DNA of 64,000 nt. Source: Adineta vaga (Eukaryota; Animalia; Rotifera). Shown piece by piece: positions 13,535 to 27,773 of the stretch; position 1 is the first letter of the stretch, and every line of letters begins with the position of its first letter. Both the position numbers and the translations under genes were made by a program. The notes under the pieces are model-generated. The model was not told where the DNA came from. It did not search any database and worked only from the letters and a program-made list of their open reading frames with translations. The stretch is taken from contig CP075497.1 in the NCBI GenBank assembly GCA_021613535.1, forward strand, positions 13,392,001 through 13,456,000, read 5' to 3'.

Positions 13535-14500
13535 TCTGTTCGAAAAAAACAAAGCCATTCACCAACACAAACTAATAAATCGTAAGCATAAAGTTTCTTC
13601 AACCATATTTTAGGAAGTTTGCGATAACCATAGTAGGCGCCAGCCAATTGGCCATAGATTGCTGCTGTTGTGTCAGTATCATCCCGAAGATTAACAGTAG
13701 CAAGTGCACCCTTTTCAAAAGAGTCCTCGTCAGATCAAAATGCTCATAGTGCAGGTTCAAGAGCGCTCATAACATGCCATTTTCCTCGAATTCCATCATC
13801 GTAACCTCCTTTTTTCTTTTCCTTGACCGGCAGCAACAATGAGTGCAGCGTAATAACGACACGCATCAACTGTTTTGTCATCTCCATGTGTAAGACGTGC
13901 GCTACGACCAGCATATTCAACTTCAAGTTCAGGATATTTATAAAAGAACAGTGGCACAAGAGTAAGACGCATAGGAGCTCCATTGCCTGCTGCATCTGGT
14001 GAGCCACAGTTGATATCGAATATGTCCAATGACTCAATGATTTCCCATGGTAATTCGTCGACATCGCTAGCGTATTCTGGAATATATTTTCTCAAATATT
14101 TTTGACCATCTATAAATCTCATAAGTGAACTTTTAGTTGCATTACTAATATCAAAACACTTTCCAGTAGGTGATAGATATCCATGCTTAAACCACCACTT
14201 ATAACGAACCATTCGATCATAAGCATTGTATCCTTTTTTCGTGATTAAAGATGAAGCAAGACTTAATGCCATCGAAGTATTATCCATCCATTGGCCTGCT
14301 TCAAGTCTCCAAGTACTTCCACCTACTATATCTGTAATAGGATGAGCTAACCAATATTGAGGAGGACGATATTCTAGGCTAGCTCCTAATGCATCACCAA
14401 TGGCAAGTCCAACTATAGAACCGATAAAGAGATCGACATTAATATTTTGTGAATAGAAAGTTGAAGAAGATTCGAGATCTATCAAATGAGGTAGGATGTA
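13535..14500 (-). pseudogene. ADP-ribosylglycohydrolase (DraG/ARH family) pseudogene
   Basis: GLAIGDALGA, GQWMDNTSMAL, GNGAPMRL and D.DTTAAIYGQLAGAYYG. Frameshift near 13830 and two in-frame TGA near 13735-13746. Confidence 0.88.
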
Positions 14501-14614
14501 ATTCACCAGTACACCAATCAAGAAGATCAAGAATCAAGTTCATCAGTATCAATCAATACAACAAACGTTAAGAAAATTAAATCAAATGGACCTAGTTCAA
14601 CGGTAAACATAATC

Positions 14615-15389
14615 ATGGGAAATATTCACAATTATGATTTAATACCTAATCGAATATTTTCGCAAATCGTATCCGATGCTACGAATGGACAACAAAATAA
14701 TAACTGGTCATTAAATAAAGATGAACGAATACAATGTGTTCGTCAATATACAAAATTAGTGGATCACTTATGTTACTTGAAACTTCAACAACTACAATGG
14801 AAATATTACCTTCATATTGGTACAACAGAAAATATTGGGGATGCTCAATTGACAAAATCTTTGGCACGAAAGTATTCAATTTCTCGAACATATCATCGAT
14901 CAAAAGCTGTTATTGAACAACATTTGAAGCAAATTGAAAACTTATAACAAATGCTACAGATACATGTGCAAAATTCGAAGATGAAATGTTACCTCAATAT
15001 GAAAGTTCCAATGATATAGATCGTTTTGTAGTCGATATTCCTTGTGTTATTCATGCATTTGTTGAAGAAAAACAAGAACATATACAAGATGAATTTCTAT
15101 TCAAACGTACTATGTTCAAGATGGATACAACTGATCATCAATTACTTCAACAATTTCTTGAAATAAAACCACATACATCATATGTAAAATATTATCTTAT
15201 AAATATCAATACATTTGGAATATCTCGATTATTTTGATACTCTATTTTAGACCAATTCTACTCCACGTATTTGGTAAACAACAGATGAACAAATGAAAAC
15301 AGCAGAAGATAATGCATTGTTACAACATCGTCTTGTATCATCAGTAGCACATGCGCCATCAAATTCGGTCCATCGTATGTTAAATGATA
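14615..15389 (+). mobile_element. Disrupted ORF resembling the N-terminal or accessory ORF of Athena/Terminon retroelements
   Basis: Recognised from memory (RQYTKL..LCYLKLQQLQW.YY.HIG..TY.RSK..IEQ). Frameshifted, and ends at the element at 15390. Confidence 0.5.
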
Positions 15390-15403
15390 TTGAGGGTGTG
15401 AGG
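15390..15403. repeat. Telomere-like element, left arm
   Basis: TTGAGGGTGTGAGG, followed by a switch to more GC-rich unrelated sequence. Confidence 0.65.
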
Positions 15404-16914
15404 ATTAGGGGTCATAGGTCAAACGTCAGGGTTCAAAGGTTAAAAAAAGATTTTTTTATTATTTTTTTCCCCAAATTTTCAGGGAATCGATGGGTGCACA
15501 AGCGCCGCAATATGGACGCAGTATTTGGGCCCAAGTGGCGTATTTCGGCAGAGTCTCAAAGCAAACAGATGTTGTTCGCAGAGAAAAATGGTAATGCTAT
15601 GTATCAATGAGGTTTCACCTCACTAGATCGACCAACCGAATATGATCAAGTCTAAAACTAAAAACTAGGAAAATGAAAAAACTAATTGAATGGGATTGTT
15701 TAGTGGATTAAAGCGTATTTGTAATGTATTGTTGAAGTCAGAAGACGATGGCTTACGTTAAAGATGGGGAAGGCGCCGCAATGGGTATTCGTGTGAGACG
15801 CCTCGCAGGAGTGATGACGAACGAGTACGTGTTCTGAGCGGCGTCTATGTTGAAATTATTTTAGAACTAGTTGATTTTTTACTTCGAGATGTCTGTACAA
15901 TTTGTATACTTGTGACAGGTGGTCTGCAGTCTTTAATCTAGCTGTTCGCAACGTCTAGTTTTTAGATTAAAGATGTATGTACCAGAAAGGAACAGAGAGA
16001 ATTATGATTTAAAGAAGTTTTTGCTTGAGAAGTTCTTTTCACAACTGATAATAATTGGTAATTTATATTCTCGAATGTGAGGAAGAACTGATAACGAAAA
16101 GAAATCTGTCTTATTGTATCTCTATCTAAGTAAAAAAAAGAAGAAAAACAAAATGTATAGAAGAAAAACAATCTAAAACCTTAAATAGTCATGTTAGGTA
16201 TCTCAATACAAATATTTGTGAAAGATAATTGGTTTCATAATTTCTATTTCATATTGAATTTCATTTTATATATCTGAATATGAAAGTAAAAAAGAAACTC
16301 ATCGGAGATAATTTATCGAAATACTAAATGTTGATTAGTTTTAATTTCTCCAGGAAAGTTTTTAAAATCTTATTATTCTAAAAAAGATATTATTCGAGGA
16401 TAATATTCCTCATTGTATTCTCATAAATAATTGATTCGTAGAAATATGACTACGTCAATTGTCCATCTGTTTAAAAAGAAAGTTTCTGTTTTACAAAGAA
16501 CAGCTTTAAAATGATCGAGTTATTCATTTAATTTTCTAAATTGCGAACGAAAATGTTTTTCTTTGATGAAACTTATATAAAATTCATAATCATAGAAATG
16601 CTTCTATTGAGAAACAAGTTACTTTTCTTTTCATAAACGTTAATAGTATACTTGTTGCAAACAATTGTTGTCCAAGGTATTTAGACATCTTTTAACTTTC
16701 GAAAAGAATTTTTATCAATGACTTTGAATTTACACGAGAAAAATCTGTTTCTCAATAAGATATACGTGATGATGAGAGTGAAACAACTATATGATTATCG
16801 AGGCGTTTTCGCCCATATTCATTCATAATTTATTAGCTTGAATAAAATGTATTCACAACAACAACAACAAAACTCGCATATAATCTTAGCAGAAGATTAA
16901 ACTCTGTCAATTGT

Positions 16915-17796
16915 CTATATCATAAATAATTGTACTGGTGTTTCAAATTTGAGTTCAGATTTATTTTCTTGATAATATTGATTTGTCCGAACGTACCATA
17001 TACCTTCAAATTGACGATTACGTAGATTCCTGGTGAGTTGAATGACTACCTCATGACCTAAATTCTCTTTTGGATCACCTCTATCATGTTGATAAGTTTT
17101 AATTAGATTAAGACGTTGTGTTTTAGTTGAATAAACCCCAAAGATCGTAAATACACCGACATCATCATTTCCTTTTCCTCGAACTTCAAATTTTTGAGTA
17201 TCGAATGAAAGTGCTAGACGATTTTGATTATGCCATTTTCCATATTGATGATATCGACTGATTCAAGTGCCTGATCGGAAGATAAATACATTATCCATTT
17301 CATCTGTATGACATCTGGGAACAACATTAACATCGTTCCGATTAGTAGACATATGTTGACCCGTAGCGTTGTATTTACCACATGGAAGAATGGATTTGTA
17401 ACAAGTATACAGCATAACCAGACTAAATATACCAACGATTGCAATTATTATAATGATTGCTATACGATGGCACATGGCTGATTCGCAATGACATCTACCA
17501 CCATTATCTATATGAAATATGAATGTATCGTCGAAAACGACACATAGAAAAGTTATCATTGACTTAATTCGATTCTTTAAATTAACCAGAAAACGTATCT
17601 CTATTGTATAAACCGAGACTATTTTTCTATCCGTAAAGTCTTAGTTTTTCATCTGAAACGGACAATAAATTATTCTTTATATTTACGAGGAAATGTTACC
17701 GCCGCCGCTACCGTAGCCTCCAGCTCTTTGACTAGCCACCAAAATGACTGTAGTAATTGTGATAATGAAAAATGGAAAGAGTAGACGGATCGCCAT
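16915..17796 (-). pseudogene. Signal-peptide/TM protein of an uncharacterised family, with internal TGA
   Basis: Exon MAIRLLFPFFIITITTVILVASQRAGGYGSGGG, a TM segment, then RSGT*ISRYHQYGKWH..GKGNDDVGVFTIFGVYS..ENLGHEVVIQL..FEGIWYVRT. Confidence 0.6.
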
Positions 17797-18849
17797 GAAA
17801 ACGTTCTTCAAATAGTTCTTGAATATGAAAAAGAATAGATATTGTATATGAGTATTCAGTGAGTAAAACACTTACAACTAGATTTCACGATATTTTCACA
17901 GAACAAGTTTTTGTCTACGATGATGAATGGCGGTATTAGAAACTATAAAGCGAACTTTTGAACAAATAATCGGAAACATTCAATTTTAATAGACTGATGC
18001 TGTTCACAAAAACATGGTACGTTTGAGATATATATATTATCGAAATCCTAACTTAGTTGATAACATATCTATGAAATGTCGTCTCTATATTTATTTTCGC
18101 TTTCTATTCTTAATAATTGATATATACATAGATAGATTGTGCTAAGAGCAGACCGTTTTCTAGTTTGAGTGACGTAATAAAAAACACTGTGATATCTTTT
18201 ACATTACATTTTGTATGTATATTTATGTATCTGGTTTCTTTTTTCTATCTGTTTGAATAAAATACAATACTGACAATTCTTAGCATTTCCTAAACTTAGA
18301 GGGATAGTATTAGTTTGAGAAATACACATTTCCTAGGAACTTCATACTTACTGCTGTTACTGCTTCTTTTGATTGTTATTCTCTATAAATGAGTTTCTTT
18401 TCACAACTGACTAGTAGTTACTCAGTAAAGGACTAAAATAAAACATTAATTTACGACTTTTCAGAAAAAACAAGCACGACAGGTTTTTTTCTATTCCCTT
18501 CTAAACAATTTTTTTAAAATTATTCTTAATGAGATTCTTTCAATAACTTTCTGAAGTAAAAATAATTTGATCTATATTTCAGAGAAGCTATATTATCTAT
18601 TTCCATGGAAACAATATTTTTCTTTGTAAAAACAAAAACGTGAAAACGTTTCGGCAAGCGCAATTTCAGACGTATTTAAACGCATTTATAGAGCAACCAT
18701 TTTTACAAGAGATATAGTGTAAATAACAAAAGATCAGATTGAATATGGATGCAATAGCTTTAATTTTTAAAACACAAAACATTAGGATAAAAAGTTCAAA
18801 TATGAAGAAGATATCTATTTACTTTTAATCACTAAAGAAAAACCAAAAA

Positions 18850-19080
18850 GGGGTGTGGGTGTGGGTGTCCGCTCATAAATGATCCCTCACTAGGGATCTA
18901 CAAAGTTCAGCTCAAGCTCAGAACCACTCACTTTCAAACAGTTCAGTTCAAATGAGCTGAACTGTTGAAAAAATTCAGCTTGTTCACATCGAACAATTGA
19001 GCAGTTCTAAAGTTCTTTTGAGTCGATTCTTGAGCTTGAACTTGTGTATACCTCTATCCTTCACTCTCACCCACATACCT
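18850..19080. repeat. Telomere-like inverted-repeat element interrupted by a MITE
   Basis: GGGGTGTGGGTGTGGGTGT ... CACTCTCACCCACATACCT. Confidence 0.75.
18891..19056. mobile_element. hAT-like MITE
   Basis: TIRs TAGGGATCTACAAAGTTCAGCTCAAG / CTTGAGCTTGAACTTGTGTATACCTCTA. 8-bp TSD TCCCTCAC / TCCTTCAC. Confidence 0.8.
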
Positions 19081-22000
19081 GTAGTTTCCGTATTCGTCTT
19101 AAAAGCTCATAATCGCTTGTTATTTCTTTAGTCCTTTTGAATTATTTTTGTTTTACATCTCTCTTTTTTTTTAATGATTCTACCATTTCATTAATAAATT
19201 TCATCAAGACGTTCATTTTCATTGAAAAAATCGATTTATAATATGTTAAAATATGTTTTACAAAATTCTTCAGAATAGGTCGTTACAGTTAGAATAAAAC
19301 TAGTGATTGTTTTTACGGCGCTATCTTTAATTATATTCAAATTCGAAATCTACCTAAGCATGCCTAGAAATATGCGAAGACGTAATTTAAATTGAATTTT
19401 GACAATTTTTTAATCTCATTTCTATTACAAAAGTTTTTCTTTGATGTCATAATGATAATATCTATCCTGTCGTCAAAACAGGAAGCAAAATTTTCCAAAG
19501 AACATAGCACATTCGACATACTGATGATGATTGAACAATGATTTATTCTATTCAATATTATTTTAATTTTGAGCACAACTTTAGCTGCTCTATTTGGTAT
19601 TATTTTTGATAAAACATGTCATACGCAGTTTCAATGTTATTACATAATTAATAATAATTTTCTTTGGAATAATAATACTTATAGTCAAGCAGTATTTTCA
19701 TTACAGAATGATTTGCAATAAATTGAAAATTCTGATCTATTTTGTATGAGGACAAAGAAGTCAAAAACAATTTCGAAATGTAATATTTTAGATGTATTTC
19801 AATGAAATATAATATCGATATATCATAATAACAATATTCATACCATAATAATCATATATATCTTTTAATCCATTATGAATAGGTTCATATTCGTATACTT
19901 TGTCACTTTGATCATTCCATTTTATCAATTCAAAACGATCAATGGGACTACTTCAACTGAAATTTCCAAATATACTCTCATCAAAGTACGATGTCCATAT
20001 AAATCTATCTTTGTCAGTTTGAACATCACTATAATTCCATCACCTAATAAGATTTGAAAAATTAAATTTCCTTCTTTATCGAATATTCTTCCATATTGTA
20101 ATCTACGAAACCATCCTCATAGCGTTGACATCTTGAAGAGACGAGAAGAAAATGATTTCCTAGTAAAATTTTCACAAAATGCCAAGCATCATTTCTATTA
20201 AAACTCTGTTTGGATGTGAATTTCAAATTTTTTTTATAGACTTTTGTCTCACGTGAATAATTGTTTTTTATATTCATATATAATATTCTGTAGTATTCCA
20301 TTTCATTTTTAGTCATTAAAAAAAGAAAGGAACTATCATAGTATAAACGAAAACCATATAGAATCTAATCATTCAACTCCTTTGAACAATCTCTATAGAG
20401 AGGTAATCGATGTTCTTCAATGTTGATGTCATCTCTTATATTGATGTCAATAAAGAGAATAGTATTACGATAAAAATATGACATCGTTTTTTATAGATAT
20501 CGTAAATTAACTAAATAGAGCACGATCATGCATTAATGTAATGAGTCGTTATAACATGTTGGTTTTTTCCTACTCATATTATTATTGTTTTTTTCGTTCT
20601 TCTATTAATAACACGACGGAAGTAGGTAATTATTGAGAATCAAACGTAAAAACGTATATTTAAACGTGTTATATATTTAGAAAAGAAATACATGAATGTT
20701 CTCTCGTTATCTACTTCTGATCACTCCGTAATTAATGGCTAATTTCACTTTTTGAGTCAATCCTTTTCTGCGATCATCGATTTTGTTTTTTCCATGTTTA
20801 TCGATCTTTGAAGTGAACATATACAAAGCTATCACTATGGTATAATAAATATCAAAATAATTGTTAATTATCAATAAACCTAAAATTCTTGATAGTGTAT
20901 AATCTCTTTCAATTTAATAAGAACAAAATATTGATGAATAAGAAATGTAAATCATTCATATTTTTGAACAAATTATTCATTTATCATGTTTTGAATCTTT
21001 ATATTTCTTTTGAAACTACTCGAGAACGATCGATCACACAAATTCGACTAACATATAAAGAATACATAAACAACTGATCATTAATTCTGTTATTTCATTT
21101 AATATCGTCTTTGTTGTTTTTCTACTTAATTCAAAAATGTACAAAAAAAGTGTTTGAAAAATCTCTTAAAAATTGTAAACGACGAATTTATCAAAAGAAC
21201 ATTTCTTTTAACTTTGATCGATACTATTCTTTTGTTTATTGTAGACAAAATAGATATGAAAACTTCGGATTTGATTCCTATTGCAAAAAGTCTATGAGAT
21301 AGATAAGTCATTCGAGAATATCTGAATATCAAAATCATCATAAATCTTCTTTTCTGAGTACGATTTCTGCTGCTCATCTGAAAGAATATGGGATTCAATC
21401 GAACTAACACTTTCTACACCAACAAACTTTCAAATTATGGAAAAGAACTTCTTTCTGCCGATCTTTCGATATACAGGAAAATCTTAACAAAAACTTGTCA
21501 ATTGTTTAGTCCCACATAGTCTTAGGCTACTCTGGTAAATGAATTGAATTTTTAATTTACACGACGAGCTGCAGATCTAAACATGTGAACACATACCACT
21601 GAACTATATACTAGCTCGATATATTAGTGCAATGATATTGACTTCGGAGAAAAAATATTCAATACTTTATCTTATTTTTCCTAAACAATCATTTCAAATT
21701 ATCTTTGAGATATTTTTTTACAACAGAATCTTGAATGAAGTTCAAATAAATCATCAAAGATATAGAATCAGAAATAATGAGTCCAAACGTATTTCAATAG
21801 ACATTAACAACCGTTTAAAAAATTTGATTTTGTTGACAACTACGTCCAGACTCATTTCAAAGTTCTTTTATCAGCATTTGAAAACGATTTAAAACTAAAA
21901 ACTCATTTTTACACGTAAAACATTATCTTGTTTTTGCGTTTGTATCAAAATACGCGTAGAAACGCGGTGAAATTATTTTTTAATCGCGTCTGAATGACAT

Positions 22001-22309
22001 TTTCAAAACAAAATTTATCTTCTTCCTTTTTATCATTAACCCATTGATGATTCTTATTTGATAAATATCACCGCGTTTTCCGACGAAATACATAGTTACG
22101 AAAACAAAAATCTTATTCGATTCGATAAAGAATAATTTGATATTCACCTTGTATTTTTAGTTAAAATAATTAATGATATTTTCTTTTTCATAACCGTATC
22201 TTTTTCTTCTTCCGTGCATTCTAATGACACATCAAGCGATCAAATAGAGTTGTTCTTGTATATAAATACATTGAAATTAAACATAATTCATTTGACATAA
22301 AACTAAATC

Positions 22310-23377
22310 ATGTCTTCACCAACTTACGCACCTCCATCGTATTATCCAACTATTACAGATTCCAATCCATTACTTTATACATTTCGAAATGATGATACAG
22401 CAATTCAACCATATTTTATAGTTGTAGCACAAATTCTTTTTTTTGAAATATCATTTCGTCTTTGGGATCGAATCATTTATGGAACATGGTTATTACCCAG
22501 TGATTTCATTGATATTCAAATAGGTCCATCATCACCACCACAACGTTTACGCATACGCAAAAGTATATCTTCTCTTGATAATCAAAGAGCAATTTTATTA
22601 AAAGTTAATGAAGATCTTGAAGAACATAAGAAAAAGCCAACATTTGATATATTTGATCTTCTTTTTTCTTCTTTACCATTACTTGGTCATGCAATTTGGT
22701 ATTGTGTTATTCAAGCGAATTCTAATTGTCAATCAGTTAACAATGGAACAACATGGAATTGTTATAATTTATTTGGTTATCGAATTTATAATTATTTATT
22801 TAGTTCATTTTCAATGTTTACATTTGAATATATTTCTAAATTAATTATTTTACGTGATAAAAAACTTCATAATATTCCATTTATTATTCGAAAACAAAAA
22901 TGGCGAAGAACTTTAGGAAATATTATATTTTATCCATCGATTGTCATATCAACAATAACATTTATATTTGTTTTAGCTATGCTTCTTCCTTATGTATTTA
23001 CAAATGTTATTCCAATGATAACTATTTATTCATTCATTGTTATTATTTATATATATATTCTCACAATTTATACGTGTTTATTAAAATTTTTTACATTTAT
23101 TACAACGAAAATTTTCAAATTTGATACTGATAAACTTTCTCGAATAAAAGTGACCATTAAAAAGTATCATTTTAAACGACGATTAGTTATTCGTTTTGCT
23201 ATTCGTTTATCTCCACATTTAATACCATTTTTATTTAATTTATCTCAATATTTTTATTATAGTGGAGATTTTCTCGATGCATTAAATAAAGAAGCATCAT
23301 CAAGATATATAACTGATTATTTTGAACGGATGACAAATTCATCACAAATTGCTCATACAATATTAACGACAATTTAA
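22310..23377 (+). CDS. Uncharacterised multi-pass membrane protein (355 aa, intronless)
   Basis: Long ORF with several hydrophobic helices and a TATA-like TATAAATA about 50 bp upstream. Confidence 0.75.
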   Translation: MSSPTYAPPSYYPTITDSNPLLYTFRNDDTAIQPYFIVVAQILFFEISFRLWDRIIYGTWLLPSDFIDIQIGPSSPPQRLRIRKSISSLDNQRAILLKVNEDLEEHKKKPTFDIFDLLFSSLPLLGHAIWYCVIQANSNCQSVNNGTTWNCYNLFGYRIYNYLFSSFSMFTFEYISKLIILRDKKLHNIPFIIRKQKWRRTLGNIIFYPSIVISTITFIFVLAMLLPYVFTNVIPMITIYSFIVIIYIYILTIYTCLLKFFTFITTKIFKFDTDKLSRIKVTIKKYHFKRRLVIRFAIRLSPHLIPFLFNLSQYFYYSGDFLDALNKEASSRYITDYFERMTNSSQIAHTILTTI

Positions 23378-23702
23378 TAATATAGATACTCCAATTTACT
23401 TAAAACTTTTAAACTAACATTCTAATACGAATTTGTTCGCATTATTTATCAGGATTAATAAATATTAAATCAAAAATCAACTTCTATTTTTTGTTTTGTA
23501 ATGAAATTAGTTAAACAGACTTACCGCCTTGATATGAAAGAATCACGAAGTGTGATCGCGTTTCTATTACAGAGAAAATATCGAAGAGAGTTAATCTAAA
23601 GACATTTCGCATTGACATATTTTATTTCGTTAGAATTTAAACGATAAACTCTAATGATTATTCCGATAACTTCGTAGATTAAATTCTTAAGTGAATGAGA
23701 TA

Positions 23703-23760
23703 TTGAGAGGGTGTGTGTAAAGTAATTATAATACACTATATCCATACTGACACTCTACAA
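23703..23760. repeat. Telomere-like inverted-repeat element
   Basis: TTGAGAGGGTGTGTGT..ACACTATATCCATACTGACACTCTACAA. A further left arm TGAGGATGAGTGAGT lies at about 23808. Confidence 0.6.
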
Positions 23761-23896
23761 TGAAAGTCAATCATTTATTTATAAAGATTACGAGGTGTGA
23801 CTGAAAATGAGGATGAGTGAGTATTGGTGAATGAAAGAGTCATTTTTCAGTTAAAATTTAATTCGTCACACTTTAGAAATGTTCTATTTTTGATTT

Positions 23897-24379
23897 TTAT
23901 GCCTCATTAATGTTCCATAATTGAGACCCATCATCGTTTGGAGGCCAGGTATATACCTTACCTTTGTGACAATCCAGTTGACGACCTGTCGCCACGTTTT
24001 TAAATCAATACTGATTATGACTATGATGAAGCATTTTTCATTTCTCAAAAGTTGCCGCCATTAGGTGCATGACTATAAATATCACCGGCATGATTACTAT
24101 CAAGTTGAAGACCTGTAGCAACGTTTTTTTATCTAATAGAAGCCATTGCCAGGTAATAAGTCCCATTTTTGATCATTATCATTACCTCTAAACAAATATG
24201 CACCACCCTGATGACTACTAAACAAAGTGAGACCTTTTGATCTATATTGCCAACTCGGCATTGGATCACACCCTAGTGGTGCAATTATTACCCTTCTTGC
24301 GTTTGTTTCCAAAACAAATAGACTGGAAATTACCACAAAAAAGTGAAATTAAAGCATTGAAATTATTCAATGTATTCAT
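23897..24379 (-). pseudogene. Secreted ricin-B/actinohivin-like lectin pseudogene
   Basis: Signal peptide, repeats of KNVATG.QLD and N...Q.W, internal stops and frameshifts. Confidence 0.65.
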
Positions 24380-25833
24380 TTTTTAACCGAAGATCTGAAA
24401 TAAGAAGAGAATTTTTTTATTACACTTATCCTATATTTGAAATAGTTAAACTCAAAGAAAAACTTTGAAATTCTTCAGTCTTAAGTTAGTTGTGTCAAAT
24501 AAACTCAACAAATACATTAAAATAACAAAGTGAATACCTCTTCGAAACATCTCGGAGTGTTTTTCATTCCTAAAACTTGATTTCAAAGCAACCTTGAAAT
24601 CATTGTAGAGACAAAAATGCATCTATTGTCACATCTTTAACACGCGAAAACATTAAAAACAAAAATGAATACTATAAAAATAGTGATTTTCAATTGTTTA
24701 TGAGTTTTTCTACATAAATATTAGTCAAGGAACTTTTCGTTGAATAACAACTATCGGAATAGGATACACAATCAAATTATATCACAAAATCTATCTTATA
24801 GTCAGAATTACTCACTGAAAATTGCCAACAATAGTATGGAATGAATGAAACTATTGGAGTCTCTCGCCGTATTTATTTAGATAATATTTCATACGAAAGA
24901 TGCTTTCTGCCCGCAACGTGGGAAATAGAATAAGAGCCTTATGAGAACAAATTTTCTCCCTCCAATATTCCCATCGTCATTTCCATGGGAATGGGAATAA
25001 AATAATATTGTAGTTAAGAGAATTATTTATGCAAAACACAAAAATGTTCAGAAGAAAAAATAAATAAAGTAAAAGAATTAATAGAAAATGATTAAGAAAA
25101 ATGAGAAAACCTTAAAAAAAAAACACAAGTTCATGTGATAGAATTTACGAATATCTTTCGTATTTATATGAATATTTATTCGAAATATAACATTGATAGA
25201 TTCGATTTTACGATGAAAAAGAGTATATAATTAATTTCAACTTCGATTGATTCAAACTGCTAAATTTCTTATGTAAATTGAAAATCTTCACATATATCAA
25301 TAACAGAAACTGAACTCAAATTTTGAAGGTCATATTGAAATTGAGATATTTCCTCTTGAAACATCTTTGAACAGATGTTTAAAAATTTTAATTTAGGTAA
25401 ATATGTTCAATTAAAAATAAAGTCGATGGATGATAATGAGTTGTAAGTTGTTCAAGATTTGTTAATCCTGTACATCATTTATTCGAAAAGATCTATTTTA
25501 AATGATGAGAATTGTGATGCTTCTTTTACAATTTCTTGTTCCATAAAATGTAACAGAAACAAAAGAATAATCTGAATATTCATTTTTTGAAGTTAATGTT
25601 AATGAAGTTACATTTAGGAAAATAATATTGATTTGTTTCTTTCTATTAAGATTTTAGAATAAATTGTTAAATATTTTAGTTTATCAAATGTATTTCTATA
25701 TGATTATTATATCTTTTTATACTTGATTTTAATTCAAATTTATGAAATAGATAAAGTATATTATAAATGAATGATGAATTATTTGATATAGAATATTTTG
25801 TATACTAATTATGTTTATAATTCCAAAAATCAT

Positions 25834-25883
25834 GGTGTGGGTGTGGGTGAAGATTATTAGAATACCTACATTCATACCCTCAA
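25834..25883. repeat. Telomere-like inverted-repeat element
   Basis: GGTGTGGGTGTGGGTG..TACCTACATTCATACCCTCAA. Confidence 0.8.
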
Positions 25884-26025
25884 GACTGTATCAGAAGAAG
25901 TATTACAATTACCATCAAAACATTTGAAGTCTAACAAGAAAAACTTAGGATCGTTAAAAAAACTCTTCAGATTTCTAGAATAGAAGTGTTATTTGTTGTA
26001 GAGAACAATATTTTTTTTTATAATA

Positions 26026-27773
26026 TCAAAGTTGTCGTGGAGATATCCGCATCCACATTCCATATCGAGGTCTAAAAGATAAAAAAAAAAGTCTGAAATA
26101 TAAGGTATGATCTCTACATAGTTCACCTCATGGTAATGGCAACAGCTGGAACATACATCTGACCCGGTACAAGTTCGAAATGAAATTGTCGCACAATGGT
26201 TGCTAATAGGATTTTAGCTTCTATCATTGCGAAATTTTGTCCAATACATGAACGAGAACCAGCAGCAAACGGTAGAAATGCTTCTGATTGACCCCGATCA
26301 AATCTTGATGGATCGAACTTGGATGGTTCTGGCCAATATTTCTCTGAACTAATATCGTAGATAAGAAAATATATTAAATAGAAATGAGAATAGAGAATGA
26401 TCTCATTACTGATGAAGCATATATAAATTGATAACAAGTTCTGTTCCTTGTTTGATTTGGATATGTTTACCATCACTAGCTATCAAAGTATTGTCTTCAA
26501 CTGCTGTACGAAATAGTAGAGGCACTGAAGGATAAAGTCGTAATGTTTCTTTCAATACCGCTTCCGTATAGGGAAGTAAAGAAAGCATTGAAGCGTTGAA
26601 TTCATTGTCAATACTCATCACTGAATCAACTTCATCCAGACAACGTTGATACACCTCGAGATTCGATGCCAAATTGTAGAGCGCCCATGTCATTAAATTG
26701 GACGTGGTTTCATGTCCAGCAGCCACTACAAGATTTCACTGGATTAACTAACAATGTGAACAAATTTCAAACACTCACCAAAAGTGATTGCTTCCTCATA
26801 GATTTCTTCATCAGTGAATTTTTTCTGTTTACCATCGTCTCGTGCCGCTAACAGTAGATCAAGTAAATCAGGTCCTGAATGCGAATGAAGGAGAGAAAGG
26901 ATTCAAATAACTCGTGAAATATTAAAAGTGAATCAAACCTTTACAAGCTGACTTTGACAAGCCTTTCTTTCGTTCATCAATAATATGTTGAACAACACGT
27001 TTAATTTCTCTCATCGATGCATCAATGCGTAATTTGCTTGGCAATGGTAATCGATTGACGAGCGGAATTATAGCCAGTAATTTAAAAGCTCGTTTCTCCA
27101 CTTCATCCAATGCCACAGCAATATTGCGAGTAACTGTTTCGTAAGCTGGTTTTTCATTTTGAGCACTCATTCCAAAGACACATCCAGCTAAAATATTGAG
27201 CGTAAGATGTGCCATCTCTTTGTGAATATCAATTGTCAACACATGGTTCTGATTCTGTCTCGCAGATACTGTCCATTGGTTAAGATAATGTGATGTCGTT
27301 TCAATCATAAGTGATACCATTGAATTCAAATTTTGATAATGAAAGGCAGGAGCTATGAGTCGTCGATGATAAGCATGCGTATCATTTTCTGCCAATATAA
27401 GATTATTGACACCAATGATGTTGTTCAACATTGATCGTACGAAAGTCGACTTGTGATAAGCGCGAACATTGGTCTTCAAAACACCGTCAATTAGTTGTGG
27501 ATCACTGACAAGAAAGCCCATAATAGGACCAAACGACATTTGATAATACTCACCATATTTTTTTGTCATATTTGCAGCATACTCCAAATGTTTGTTGTTG
27601 AGTATGGCCCAATGCATACGAAGTATGTCACCTATAATCGGTATGTATCGTCCTGGGATGCCTTGTGATCGAAAATGTCTATACGTTCGCCATGAATCAA
27701 GTATCCAAAAATTTGCAAGATGATAGAAGACGAACAACAACAATACTCCACCTAATATCACAGTCAACCACAT
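26026..27773 (-). CDS. Cytochrome P450 (multi-exon)
   Basis: AAGHETT I-helix, KETLRLYP (ExxR), FDPSRF and heme motif FAAGSRSCIG. GT-AG introns. Confidence 0.95.

Noticed and set aside
13735-17265. Alternative genetic code (UGA = Trp)
   Set aside because: The same genes use TGG for Trp and most also carry frameshifts. Intact genes such as the P450 end in TGA.
19364-21892. Short AT-rich ORFs
   Set aside because: No recognisable motifs, and the composition is typical of chance ORFs.
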